From Balanoglossus misakiensis (lineage: Eukaryota > Animalia > Hemichordata), in assembly GCA_040954595.2 (NCBI GenBank), contig CM082584.2, forward strand, positions 12,120,875-12,184,874: a DNA stretch of 64,000 bases. The letters run 5' to 3'. The notes below the pieces were generated by a model. That model searched no databases and was not told the origin of the DNA. It saw only the letters and a list, made by a program, of their open reading frames with translations. The stretch's first letter is position 1, and the number at the start of each line of letters is the position of its first letter. The position numbers and the translations under genes are program-made. Of the stretch, positions 21,263 through 36,200 are shown one piece after another.

Positions 21263-24200
21263 GATGATGATGATATGTTGTATCTGCAACGATATACCGT
21301 TGCTTGCCTTTTATATCCTCCAATAAATACAAATTAATTGCTCCTTGAAATTTTGGTTTTGTATGACAGTTTAAATACCGAATGGAATAATGTCTTTCAG
21401 TAATAGAACTGGTTTCAATTATGGTGAGTGGTTTAATTGTAGGGGCTAATAATGGCTATTGGCTGAGCTGTCCTTGAAAATAAGACAAATATTGTTGAGA
21501 GGTCGAATGTCACTTTCTGTGAAAGAGGACAGATGCTATCCCAGCTGTTAAGAAGGACGCCTGTTATTCTCTGTAATTATGTTGCCATGGCAGCGAAATG
21601 GGTTTTAGGAATGATGCTTCAATATGAGGGATTCTGTTCCCTGAAGCAGTTCCATTATGCATGTGTCATGTTGTACTCACTCTGAGAATAAGTTGTTGCC
21701 CTTTTTTGGATATCAATTTCAATTCAGAATGTGACTAATAGAAAAAAAATGATTCCAATGTGCACATTTTCATTGATTTTCAACATATCAGTGGAAGACA
21801 TAGCCTAGAAGAATATTTAACAGTGCTGTGTACGACAGGCATTTTTTCGTCGGGGTGCCTTTTTTAAAGTCCATGTAAATTCATTGCTGTGTAATGTTTC
21901 CTGTCCTCGGAAAATCATTCCAGTTAGCATGGATCAGAAAAGATGCCGGCCATCATTAGGGTCTGGTAATAATCCAATCATCTGCAGGATGTTTCCACTT
22001 TGCTCTGATGACAGAGCATCAGGGGTTGATTCGGAAGGAAGTATCAGCGGTATACCGTATAGTAATTACCCTTTCACCACCATGGTTTGGTCCAAATCCA
22101 TTGTTATCTATGGTAAAGATGGACCTCTATAGAGAGAACTAGGGGGGAAAGGGTTTACTTATTAAAGGTGTGTACTGAGCTCAGCTGGACTCCAGGAATT
22201 GTCTTCGAGGCACTCACATCTGATCACACGCAGTAGCTAAATACTGACAAGCCCGCCTTGTCCTAACCACCAGCCGTCTTTATGACTGTCACGTCTCATT
22301 GGATTCATCAGAGTTTCATCCCACCAATTTGTGTTGCTTTAATGGGGCATTCAAATCACTCTCCTTGAAGATGCAGACTAATTCTTGCTCCATTTACTCA
22401 ACGCGCTATCCATCCGAGGATTGCCATGGAGATGGCGCACTTCAAATTATCCCCCTTATTCAGTTCAAAACGATTCCAAGACACAAGTTTCCATCTCCGT
22501 GACAACGAAAGCTGTAGTGTTCCTGGAGCATGTTTGACTCGTAATGTGGGTGTCCAATCCTGTATACGTATGTTGAAATAAAAATAAAAAATCATGACAA
22601 AATCCCAGTCAAAAGGACACAAGAAGACTAAGACACAGCCTATTATGAACATACATAAATTAGATGTTATTGTAATCCTTTAATATAGCTCTGTGCCTGT
22701 TGTGAGTTCTCATCAATATTTTATTACATTTGCCTGAGGAATTACTTAAAATCTCCTCACTTAAGTGACTAACCTTATTGTCAAGTTTCCTATTTTGCTC
22801 AAATTTTTTTTAGAAAACAATATCCGTTCTTCAGTATTTGTTACATAAAATCTTTGTTCATCAACAAGAGATTCCTGCCACACTTATTTCAAACGTTCCA
22901 AGAAAAGTTTTACCATAGTCTGTCTGCAGTGGACCATTTCATCTAATGGTGATGGAGGGGTGAGGTTGGAAGAGAGGGTGAGGAAACAAAATGGTCTTTA
23001 CTGAGCTGTGAACAAACTGGGAATAATGAGTAATGGATCTTTTATTTGTTTTACACCTCAATGGCTGGAGAGTAGACCCAGCTGGCGTGTATATTGCAAT
23101 CAGCATAATTACTGAATTGGTGCCCTTCCATTATGGAATTACTGTTCCTTGTCTCCGTACGTCATTGATAAAAATGGAAGTCGCTGCAATAAATGATCGC
23201 AATTGTAAACCCGATATGTGATATAAGCTTTGAGTGTTGTATCTAGCAGCAGTTGTCATATTCACAGTTTCATGAGTAGGCCTCTCGTCGAACCTGTGTA
23301 CGTGTGCGAACCGTGTTTGTGTTGTGGATTTCGTTGCCTCTGGTGAAATCATTCGTCTGTTTCCATCCCTGCTGATGCTTTGTCAGTCGCGTGGAGGACG
23401 GCCACGGTTAAGGACACACACTGCTGGGGTGATGCATTGATCCGTTTTGTCGTTTGCGGAGAGAATTGATCTCAGCCACAAGGGAAATGGATTGATGTCT
23501 CATCAGTGTTTGGAGCTGCTGCAATTACAGATGTCGCCGATGCGATGTGCTGCGTGTTCAAAGTGAAACCACACCGGCTGATGTAGTAAACCCAACTCAC
23601 ACACTTCAGGATTTTTTGTCTGCCCCGATCACTACCTCCTCGCCCAACAAGATGGGTGTGTGTCTGGTGAAAAGCTCAAAACACAAATACACGTGTAGCA
23701 TCAGGAGTTTCAATGGACAAGTCTACAGCACTGCCACCAGTGCACGGTAGGAAAATGTAGCTTTGTGTTGTCACCTAAGTTACATTTCTGTTGCTGTCTT
23801 TAATACTGAGTTACATCTCTGCTTCTGAATTTCAAGTTCCAGTTCTTGGTAACATTTTATATCTTTGTCAACAAAAGCAAATCTATCTTAAAATTTTGAA
23901 AAAAAGGCTCACTTAACCAGTGTAAAATAATGTCTTAATTACTAGCTATTAATGATTCATGATCCACTTTTGCATGTTTCACTGTTGACGGCTTTGATGA
24001 AAATAAATTACAGGGTGTGATGTTGAGTACAATAGGAATGCTATAGATATTGTATTTTTTTTGTCCAGGAGATCGTGACATACTTTTGAAAGAAAAAAAA
24101 TGATTGTCACTCTGTCGTCTTTCCCATTCAGTGGTGGAACTACGCACAAATGAGTGTATTACCATGACTGGGTTGCCTAGCAACCAGTACACATAATTTC

Positions 24201-27200
24201 CCGGGGAAGGCAGAGTCACTAATTTCTGTAATTGAAAGAGCTGTCGGCATGTTTAGCAAAATCCGGGCAAAATTCACCGACACTGTCCTGGTTGAAACAA
24301 TCCCACACTTTGCTCTTTGCAATGCCTGAGAATTACTGGATTTTCTACTGTTTTTATTTGAGACATATTCTGTAAAATATTCTTTCGTTTCATTTTGAAT
24401 TCATTCACATTCCAAATATTTGTTCAATATTGTGGACTTTGGAGCATTAATACCATTCCCCTTGACCACAGATGTTTTATTTAAAGATTTTAATTTCTAT
24501 GTTTAAATCCTACTAGTATTTTTCCCCATTTGTCAGGATTTTGCCGTCTAGTCTGGGTAAATTGCAGGTTCTGGTTTTGACAGGAGAGATGGAAATTTAT
24601 GAGAAAGCTATCCAAACACCGGAAAGCTTTGAGTTGGCAGAGGAAAATGTTGTTGACATAAACATTCGCGAGTGTTTGCGTCAATGAGGTGAGGCCACGT
24701 TTAATCTGGATGTCATATAGGACAGGCTAATAGAAAGAGAAAAAATGTCAAAATGCACGTAGTCATTTTCTTAGACTTGAGTGAAGAAGAAAAAACTGAA
24801 AAACAAAATGTGTGTGTTAATTAACACAGAATAGTATATGCTCTGCCTTTTGCGAAGTATCAGACTATCAGGTTTGATGTGAATTATGTGTATCATGAGG
24901 TTGTTGAGCCCCGTTTCAAGTTAACTCAATCCTCTGTACTCAACAACATCCATGTGTCTATTGATTTCTCATTAAACTGATGGAGGTACTTGACTTGGTT
25001 CTGTCAAAGCTACTCTCACTGGACGCATTGATAATCTGTTCCTTGTGATGTATTTGAATGCAAGAGAGGAACTGAAAGAAGTTATTGTGCACTAAGTCTT
25101 GAAATATTGCTGGTATTGCTGAAGAGTAGATGGATTGTCAGCCATAAGTGATTGATAATATTACTGCCGGAATGCAAAATGTGGTTTTATGCAAAACAGC
25201 AGGGGTGTTTTCCATAAAGCGTTGTGAAACTGGAAATGTGTTGTGTGTAATGATTAATCCTCTAGGCTGTCAGTCAGTCAGTCGTCCTTCAAAAGGAAAG
25301 GATAGGAAATTCATGTACTCGCATTCAATTAAGACCTCCTTTGTTGAGATGGCTGGCCTTCATGTAGATTTACAACCTTGTGCCGGTAATTCCCGGAGTT
25401 TTAGGACAAGATAATCCATGTTTTGTGGGTGCATGATGACGGGAGTCAAATTACTCGTCTGAAAGATGTAGTTGGGCCTATTAAAAGCATGTCGTTTCTC
25501 AGTTTTGCGAGCTGTCTACTAAAATTGATCAACCAGCCACTGGTAACTGCTATTTCGTTCAATCCAAGCGCGATGCATCATCTCATAGGAAAGCACTGTT
25601 TATGTGGTTGCTTAGTTGGGCAACCCAGCTAGCCTGGGCATGTGTCTGTTATGTACATCTGGACCGAGGTGAGCAGCTCTGTGTAGATTTCGTGAGTTGG
25701 CAAGTTACTGCCTCATGAAACCTGATTCCCAGTAGATGTTTGATTTCTAAGACACTGCCCTGCATTTATCTAGCTCAACCCTGGGAATGGAAAACATTGT
25801 CTGAGGCAAATTATCAGGATAATTTGAATTCTGGGTAAAACATCAATTTTTGGCTTCCCAATAGTAATCTGCAAGCCTGATATTGTACACAGCAGATAAT
25901 ATTTCATGTGTGCCTGTGTAGTTTGTTGATAGTTTTCTGCTCCAATTACAAATCTTTTTAATTATTCATGAAACATGATACAAGTAACTGGCATTGAAGA
26001 GTCAGGGTGGCTTGTGTGATCAACAATTTGCAATTTCTTGGGTCTCGTGACTGCAAATGCTCTGGTTGCATTTTTCAATGGTTAAAGTTGTTTTCAACTC
26101 ATAATGCACTCTGTTTCCCAGTCGAGAGGATGTAACTTGTAAGCCAGTGTGTAGAATTTGCCAATGCAAGTTTGTTCATCGCATTTATACTTTCATTCCA
26201 TCTAATCCAAGATCTTCGGGGAAGAAATCTCATCCGCAGACTGAGAATTATCAATTTGTCTGATTGCATTGTTACTGCGGATGGGAAATCACCTCTTGAA
26301 TAGAATCCAAGCACTGGTTTTACACACACTGCAAAATACCTTGCCTGGAGCTTGGAGGTCTCCCCGAGGTTATAATATCTTTGGAAAGATTAAACAAACG
26401 TTTTATCTTCTCAGTGATTGGAATTTCCAAATACACAGTGTCTCTCCTAGTATGTTTTATTCAGCTGCTTGCAGATCTTTGGAAGCAGAGATAAACCAAA
26501 AACTACCATTTCTTATCTCAATGGACAGCGTTAGTAGTCTTATCGAGCGCTTGTCTCTGATCCACAAGAAAGAGATGATACGTCAGCTTTCCATAATGTT
26601 TTCATTGTTGCTGCCTGAGTGTAACAACTACAGTTTCTTGTTCTGCTCCCTAGACCATGATGAAACACCCATTTCCGACTTGCCAGCAGTCATGCATTGA
26701 AAACGTAATCAGAAAAGCTAGTACTGCATATTTTATTTCACCTTTTTGGCACAGTAACTTTATTCAAACGTACATATTTTCTGAAAATGAGAACATTTGT
26801 GTACAAAACCTACGTGTCACAGGATTTTTTTAAATCTGAAGTGGAATAGAATGTATTTACATTACACTCTATCGGTAACAGATGGTTTCCAGTGTTTACA
26901 AATTTGACAAATCAAAGCTATGAGTTACTGCATGTTCCTATGTGAAATTTTGTCATAATCCACAGATGGGTTAACGATTGCTGGTGATGCATATATTAAA
27001 GATAGTTGTGTCATGTCACAGTTGCTAAGGGTGTGTATCTCACATAAACATTGAGGACTGGGTTTGAAAAGCCATAATGTGATCATAGTACATTTAATAC
27101 TAATAACTTATCACATTGTAATATGCAAGACTGAATGTGTCAACACGTCAACCAATGAAAAACGATATTAAAAGGTTAACCTCTGTAATGAACAATTTTC

Positions 27201-30200
27201 TGTCATGTTTTGATTGAGTTGATTAAATATAAATTTTCCCCATTTATCAAAAATATTACTTTATCACGTTAATATTGCAGCTGAATTGGCAATTTAAGGT
27301 TTCTCTGACTCTAATTATCGGAGAATTGTTCAATATATGTTGTGCTAGCGCTATTTGATAAATTACAATTAGGTTCACGTCATTGCTTTTCCGAGAAAGT
27401 CCACCGTGTGCAGTTGTCTTGGAATATTAAACACATATACAGCATCATTTTTAATAATACAGACTGCACTGTTCTGACATTTATAGGTTTGAAGTCAGTT
27501 CAGACTGAGCAATGCGGGCATGCAATGTCGGAATAGAGTTCGATTAATTTGGTCCGGGTTCGGTAGGGTTTTTGGTCCGCCCCAGAATAGCAGCCAGAGT
27601 TGTCACGGAACAGTTAACGTGAAGAACATATCAATGAGGCCCGTGTTTTGTTAAATATTCAGGGACATTAAATGATGTTTATGAAAATTATAGTTGTTCC
27701 TGCACCACAGTTTCCACTCGGAGGAAATTGAAACTGTACAGCGCCATCTAGTGTTCAAGGGAAATGCTCTGTTATCATTTATCTGCGTTACTGCTTTTCT
27801 TGGAGTGAAAGCGCTGTTGAATTCATACACACTTTTCCATTAGCTGGGATTAAGAGCTATAGCTTGCATAAATTCAGACTAGCCATGTGTTTAGTGGAAA
27901 TTTATCATCAATTTAATTTTTTTCTGAACAATATAGCACCATTCCACTGTTGGAAATATTAAATCGTGTTATATATTAGTTTACTAATATATTTCAACAT
28001 AATTCACCATTAGGAAGGTTCCCCACAAGGGATGTCTTAGAAGGAATAGCCTTCGGTGTATTTTTCTCCCTGCTCTATATGTCCGATCCATTATGGTGTT
28101 TTTATTGTGTGCTGTCACGCTGGCGTGGGTCTTTATTTAATACAATTAAGGGATGGTATTACAAGCCACTAATTGTAGTGCAAATATTGATGTTAATACG
28201 TGCGTGATATCTAAATGGGGAAAAAAGCCAATGTAATAAAAGAGAGTAATACTCTGCAGGTTGGCCTGTCAACGAGCAGGTAATGGGTTCCGCGTTCCCC
28301 GCGATCGTCAAGGTAGGTGTTCTAGTTTCGAAATTCGCCCGGTTTTATTACCAGTTGCGTATACTGTAAGATGGCAGTTTCAGCCAAACATTAACGGAAA
28401 CTGGCATTGTGGAATTGACAGTGCATATTTTGGGATTGCTAATACATGAGTAGAATAGTAGTAAAACTGCATTGTGGGATTGCTGGCATATACTAGTCAA
28501 ACTGCATTTTGGAAACACCAGTATGTGGGCATAATAGGTCAGTATTTAGCAATGGATGGAGAAAAGACAACGTTGTCAACCGAAGGTAATTGCGATAGCA
28601 AACCCATCATCATCATGAGTGTGTTGATGCTATGATGACAAGGCTCCCATCAATCATTTGTAATGAAGCTATAGAGCAATTTAGATGTATGCTGGGTTGG
28701 TTAATGCCTGGTCAGTTACCATGGCAACAGCCAACATCAGCTGGGCAGGATTGTGCCAACTGGTGTGGACGCCAGGTGATGGATGGATGTTTAAATGAAA
28801 TTATGTTTTTACATCGCCAATAAAAGCAGTCATATTTCTATCAATCATCTGAACTGTATTTACAGTACCTGCGTGTGTGTATCTGCATGGAGGTGTGTGT
28901 CGTTGTGTGAGTGGGTGGATGAGTGGATTGGAACAAAGCTGTTCTGGTCCATCGCACCATCACGGCTAAACTTGGTTTATCTAGTCATTAAATTGGAATA
29001 GATACATAACTCAACCAGTGTGTTAACACTGCAGAGACACAACTTATAGATTCCGTCAAACGAGCAAGGTACAGTAGAGATCAAGTGTTATTTCATGAAA
29101 TAACGGAATGTCAAACAATTTAAAACTTAATAATCTGCTTGTTTGTGCACCAATTTTATTAGATCAAATATTAACTATCATTATGCAAGGTTTTCAAAGG
29201 ACCAATGATTGATTTTTAGTTCATGACAGACCTCAACATTCCACTGTTTCAGTTTTAACCTTGACGGCCCTCGGTGCATTGTGAAATTTTACCAAGAGAC
29301 CATGTCTGACTGCAGTTATGTAGGAATGCGTTGGCAAATTATGAATATGGATAATGTGTGTTTTGCAAGTGAATTGTTATTGTAAAGGTTATTATATGGT
29401 GTGTGTGCTGAAGTGATGTTTTCTGGCTGAATTTGCTGAGAGTTTTACAAGGGTACCGTAAGAATGGGTTCTGTTTTCAGACAGATGTACAATAGGATAA
29501 GATGGTGGCAAGGCAGTGTAAGGTAATGTTACAACTCCTATGTCAAGGTCAGTGTGTTCTCAATGTCAAAGTGACCTGATTTGGCATATCTGTATGTTGA
29601 TCTTGAGGCAATTACTTGCTAACAAAGTGGCAGGTTGGCTTCATTTGTAAGGACCTTGGACCCTCGCGGATAATGTCTTTGAGGTGTTGCTTTGTGAAAC
29701 TAATTTTCCAAGTCTGTGATTGCTTTCTTTGTGTGTGTTGGTGTGTGCATGTTGGTGTGTTGGCCTAGGGACAGGTAAATGTGTGTGTTTAAAGGGTTGG
29801 TTGTTAGGTTTCATTTCCATAATTAAAAAGTATATTTTGATAAGGGACCGGTATTGTAATGGAAATCACCAGATGTATAATGGAGACACTTTTTTGAGTA
29901 AAGGAGGCATTGCACTTATATTGAAATGCGAGGAGGTAATTGCAAACTTGTGAGAACATTATTACTTTCATTGAAAAGGGTCAATGCGTGCAAATTTGTG
30001 ATTTCACGGCAACAGTATGCATGACCAGAAATTGAATGAATCCCCTTTATTGCTTGAGATAATATTAACGGAGCGGTAATTCCGTAATAACACCTTGCAT
30101 CATAGAACTCCGGGAGCAGAGTTTGCTATTGCAGAGGAATTATGTGCAGTGAAAATGTAGGTTGATATATAGTGGCACAGGTGTCCATGACAACAAAACA

Positions 30201-33200
30201 CCATAGTGGTTTGAGTTGAAACAGCTAGCAGAAAGGATTCATGAAGCTACCTCGGTTGTCCGTAATTTATGGATGTTAGTTTTCCTGATGAAAGCAAGCC
30301 ATTTTATGCTGACAGATTCACTTTTAGCAGTGAATTGATAGCATCTCCGAAGATCCGAGTTGATTTACAGGTTAGATAGTGCCTCCAACTGAAAGGAAGC
30401 CCCACACAGACACATCCACCATGTTGTCAACACAGTTTAATGCCTAAGTGCACACGATTACATTGACAAATGGGGGACGTCTTCACTCTGTGGTAAAGTG
30501 CGTACCACGGCAGTTATTGCATCTTTTAAAGTTGGTGGATTTAGCTAATGCTTTGTTCACAGCTTCTCTGCAGGCGTTGATCAGTGTTCCTGCCAAGGCT
30601 TATTTTCGCGCTGTTTGCGCTGTGTGAGTCTTCACTCCCACGGTTTTGTCACGTTTTGTGCAACTCTGTTCTACTATTTCTAGTCATGTCTTTGATTTCA
30701 GTGACAATTAAATCTAAACTCAGGATCAGAAATTTCTGCATTTGAGGTCAAGGTGCACTAGATAAACATGCTGACAGAATTTACTTTGAACCCCAAACAG
30801 ATTTTTGCAATCATTGCAGCCCATTATTTACTGGAAGAGGGGAGTTGGGTGGGGTTTCACGCATTGAGGCCCATCACAAGGTGACTGTCTTGGTGCAAAT
30901 TTGCACACTCTCTCAAAACCTTTGATGGAATACAAGTACTGATACCTTGTACACTACCTGTCAATGTGATTTTGTGTGCTCCTATTACTCGTCTTGATTT
31001 GTATTCACATCCGACAATGGACACACTTTCTCTTTTGATGGTACTGATGAGTTGTGCCTTTTGATGTTTTGCCATTTTATCATAGGTCTCTGTGGCTGGT
31101 TTTCGACCATACAAATCTGTACACATCGCGCGAGTAAGGATGGTACAATTCTGATGATGTTTTTAGAGAAGTTTAAATTACAGTGGCCCACCTAAATTCA
31201 CTTTTTAAGGATCTAACGTTTTGCTTGGGCACAGTTAAGCAGAGTCCAAATGTAGGTTAGTTAGGAATAACATATATGGCGAGTGATTTACCATGACACT
31301 TTCCTAGAAAGACTTGTCCCAAACCTCCCAGAAATCCTTTCTTATCGATGACCATGTACTTATAATTTGGTTAGGACAGGTTTCAACATGTGCATAGTAA
31401 CTGAACAAGCAGTTTCTAGAGAATCTTTTTCCTGGAAAGACTTTTCCCAAACCTCCCAACAGGCATGCAAAGTAATAGAGATAATTGGAACTGATACTGT
31501 TGATCGGAAATGTAAGGATTTCTTTGAATCTGTCATTGACCAAAGTTGTGCCCTATCCCACTTGACATTACCAGTGAACGTGTCCATTAACAGCAGTTTT
31601 ATTTCCCGGGAGAGTGTCCAAGAACTAGATGTCCATCAAAGTAGGACAGCTATGTGTTGTGTGATGTTTTATGGCTGATTATCTCTTATAATATGTTTTG
31701 TCAGCATCTTAAATGGATGTGTCGGCCACAGCTGCAGCTAAAGGTGGACACGCCTGTCATATTGTTTCATAACATTCACTGCTGTTGGTATGTTCTCTTT
31801 GATTGTAAACAAATCTTGATTGAAAGTAGCAGTTGATAAAAGAGTGTAGTCATGTGGACGGCAGAAGTTGGACCGAATGGAAAATTTCAATTTTGCAGCA
31901 GTTGTCAAAACAACAACAAAATGCTGACCCCCAATAGATGTGACTTGTTTTTCAAATGTCAGTTGTGTAAGAGTTAGTAATTCAGAAAACAAATATTTGC
32001 GTAATATTGTAAAATCCATTAACAAATTAAAATAATTTATGTTTTCAGACACAGTTCAGTGTAAATGTGTCCCATAGTTCATTGCAATCAATTCCCATAG
32101 TGCATTGCAGTAATTAACTGATTTGCATGAATGCTGTAAAATTTCAGTACCTTCATAAAATGCTATAACACTTCTCCTTTTGCTCAGAGGTCAAATGTGC
32201 TGTGGTGTGGTCCATCTGCATTTAAAACAGAATCATTTTTATACGAGCTCTCGAAGAGCTAACACGTTGAGTACTTTTGTGCTCACCATTGGAGTTGATA
32301 GCAAAACTGGGAGATTCATTTTAAATTTGTCTATGTATAAGCCTGTAAACATCTTCCAAAATAGAACTGCTAAACTGAATCAAATTTTCACTCAATAATA
32401 AACCATTGATGATATGAAAATTGTGAAGCATTTTTATTTACTCTGGGACTAATATCAAATTTATTATTCTGAGCTGAATATGAAAACCTAATCAATTGAC
32501 GGCATGACCCTACAACCCGAGGGCATCCTTTGTACGGGTAATTTGATGGAGGAGACAGGGCTGCATTTCAAAGGGATGTGAAATGATCCTTCCCTCGACC
32601 ACCCCTGCGTCGGGAAATGTAGCAGTCTCACGTTCATGAATTTCTGTGCGGTTTCCGTCAAATTCCACAACACAACTAAGTAAATCACGGGTGTGCCAAT
32701 AACTGTGGGCTGTGACACTGAGAGCAATTTGGGATCCAGATTTCCTGTCCGTTGCTACGGGCTGTCATCGTGCAGATTCCATCGCTTCATTGTGTTTCAT
32801 CAACACGAGCAGACCACAACAAATCCCTTGGCAGGTATTGATGCTTTTCTTAACTCCTCCATAGCCAGTCCATATGTTACCTTTGTCGTCTTCACTCACT
32901 GGTGCCGGCGTTTTTTTTTAAAGAGACTTTTAAGCATTCACCTGATGCGAGTACACCATTTAACGACCCAGCTCAGTAACAGAGCCATCAAATTTTATTT
33001 TTTTATGTCAATATCAGCGTGAGATTACGCTCCAGTGAACTGCACGTATACGCTTCTCTTGGGCATTTGATTTTACGTCTGATTTTGACAAACAGATTGA
33101 ATTGGAAACGAAAAGCTCCATTCCCAATTTTGTCGTGATTTCTCGCATTCATGTCGATAAGTCAAGGAGCTTCTGTCTTGCCTTTTAAAGCAAGTTTTAA

Positions 33201-36200
33201 ATATATCCATATAGTACAATTGTAACTCTGATGACAAGTGTGTCATTGATAAATGGATTCTTAGAAAAGTTTTTATTTTCAGTGAAGACTTGTCAGAAAC
33301 ACAATTTTCATTCCTGTATGTTGATTGCCTTTCTAATACTACATGCAGTGTTCGGTGGAATTTTCTGGGTGAGCTTTACGTACGCCTCCTTTTGTGGCCA
33401 GAACGTCGTGAAATGGACATACCGTGTCGAGCTTGTAAATCGGTCACACCTGAAAAGATGTGATGTAAAAAGCAAAAGGGATCTTCTCCAAATTTCTTTG
33501 AAATGATTCAGTGAGACGACCATCTCTCGTACCAGCTTGTTCTTGCATCCTATTGATGAGGGAAAATGACATCAAGTAACTTGCATGTATCGGAGTGTTA
33601 TGATTTATGCGTGTTACGACATGTTATGACTTGGGAATATCCACTTGCTGTTTGAAATCAATAATACAGCTGAAATTTGCAGCATAAAATCCATCTAAAA
33701 CTTGAAAAATGAGGTAGCCTGTCAGAGCAACTCAAAAGTGGCTTTTTCCTCTGACTTAAGGCAATCCCTTTGCATGCGTATTATTGCATTTGGCCCAGTC
33801 TAAAGCTAATTGCAAGAAAAAAATCATCAAGCGCCTGATGATGGATTGCGATTGAGAAACTCTCTGACATTTTCCATACAGGGTAGATGAAATAAGTGAT
33901 CATCGAAATGTGCTGCGATGAAAATTTACTGACCCAGTATGGTTAATTCTGAAGGTGTGTAAACTCGGGATTTCTCCCCCGAGATGGTGAATTCTGGTCA
34001 GGATAGATGTTGACCACTTGAGATTGTGTACTTAAATAGTGTTATTTTCAAAATGTGTGATGTTGTTAGGTAGAGAAACCTTCAAAGTAATTGATTCATC
34101 TCTGTGCATGCCGTTTTTTACCCAGGTTTTTGTCTTCTGTTAGATCTTTTTCTCGAAAAACTTAGATTGTCTATGCACATGGATTCTATCAGGCTTGGTC
34201 CATGGTGCATATAGAAATGATCATTTACATTTTTGAACAATTCACAACAGCACAGTCTCTTGATTCATTCTTAATCTTGGCATGCGTTCGCTTTGCTTCC
34301 CAATTTGGCATAATTTGATTGCTGCAAGCGTTGCCAAATTGAATGGAAGGAGGACCGTGTATGCTTCTGAGTACGTGAGATAAGGACCCAGTCTTGTTGG
34401 TGAGGCAAAAGTAGCGTGATTAAATACAAAAATGCAGCATTTTAAACGTGCCATATCACACAAATTAGGCTCTTCCTTCTTCATTAAAAAAAAGAAATGA
34501 AGGTCAAGAACGAAAGGAGCGGAAATCAGAGAACGAGAACTTGCTTTGAAGGGAATATATATCGTTGTGTGTTTCAAGCTGTAGAGGAAAGCTGAAGTAG
34601 TCCTTTTTTGACATGCTGAAATTTTTTATTGGGATTTTCATAGCGTTAACAGTTTTGTCAGTTCTGTGGTTTAATAATCACACAGAAGGGCAGTTGATGC
34701 ATAGTTGGAGTTGAGTTGGGATTATTAGGAACAAGAGAGCCATGTAGCAATATGGATAGGTAAAAGCACTGGAGGGTGTAGACAATATGGGAATAAAAGC
34801 AGCTGGTATGCTTTGCAATTTTAAATGTTGTATTAGCCACATCAAGTGATAACAGTCACAATGCCGCAGAACAGATGGGCAGAGCTGCACAGTGTAAATA
34901 GTGCTTAGACTCATATACTCATATACCGGGTACAATAAAACCTGTCTAAACTGAACCCTGTCTAATGTGGAAACCTGTCCTTTTGCCAGTCTCTTCTGCA
35001 GAGAACTGAACCACGTTAAAAAAAGCTCTTCAGTTCCCGGGGTGTCCGGCTTAGAAGTTTTTACTGTACCTCCGAGTACATTACCTGTAATGCTTAATTC
35101 CCAATGCCCGGGATACTTAGTGTCAGGCTTTCGCGTTTCACTCCTTTATCGCAATTTCGCTGTGCGTGGGTTCAGCTGCCGTTATTAGATGCAGTTTTAA
35201 TAGTTGGCTTTTCGGTAAAAGCTCAGGTGTCAGACTGGTTTATCATCCAATGCAATAGAAATTCCTATGAGGGCAAACCAGGATTGTCGCAAGTCAGTTT
35301 ATTTTTTTAATTTTTAAAAAGTAAATCTAAAATTACTTTGTATATACAGGAACAATTCTGTGGTTTTACTCTCATTATTTAAAAAAAATGGAATCTTCAA
35401 ATGATAAACTTTCCTATAGTGAGGCGTCGTACATGCTAATGTGTGATGTCCAGGCAATGTGGCACTCATGCCAATATTGTCATGGTTGACAGACTTTAAA
35501 ATGAGTAAATAAAATGTTTTTTTCAGGAACAGTGATGCCACAAAATGTGAATGCAGTTTCAGTGTTTTTGACACTTAGCAACCGCCGAAGTTATTACACG
35601 ATCCAACGAGTACCGCGATTGCTTTTTATCTCAAACGGAATCTTCAACTCATTGCTCTTTGGCTGCTTGTAGTGTTGAAATATGCACCGTTAACGGCTCG
35701 CGACTGATTTGTTCACAGACAAATTGACGCCATGTTGTTGCTTTGTCCTCACCTTTCAAGGTGAACACAGACATGTTGGTACGAAACTCTGGAAAAAAAG
35801 CAGTGATTGTGTTGTTCATCAAGTCTTAGAGGAAATTGGTAATTTCCATTGAATTGATCGGTCTGGTAGCGCTTCAATGAGTGGTTTCCATCTCAATTTA
35901 GTTTATTTATAGCTTTCCGCAATGTGAATTAGAAGATTCCATGGACTGCCCTACTTTTTGCGCGGGCAGGTTCATTTTAGTCAGGGCTAGCGGTGCATAG
36001 TACATTTCTCCATTTGGAAGAAATTGAGTCTGTCACCTGCTCTGACATCATTGCTTGGCTTTAAATAGCATTCCATCAGATTTAATTGAGTCATGTACGT
36101 GTAACAACTGAAGATGCGATGCAAGTCTGTACTGCTGTGAGGGTCATTAAAAAGTCATATAATTTAAAACTTCTCAGTTTTCCCAATATTTTCTAGACAT

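Noticed and set aside
20834-21332. Poly-His and poly-Ser ORFs on the minus strand
   Set aside because: Translations of the (GAT)n microsatellite and the antisense of an MPDZ exon.
28283-28312. ATG GGT TCC...AAG|GTAGGT as an alternative first exon ([10 protein letters not shown])
   Set aside because: The donor is phase 0 relative to this ATG, but the downstream acceptor at 38827 needs phase 2.
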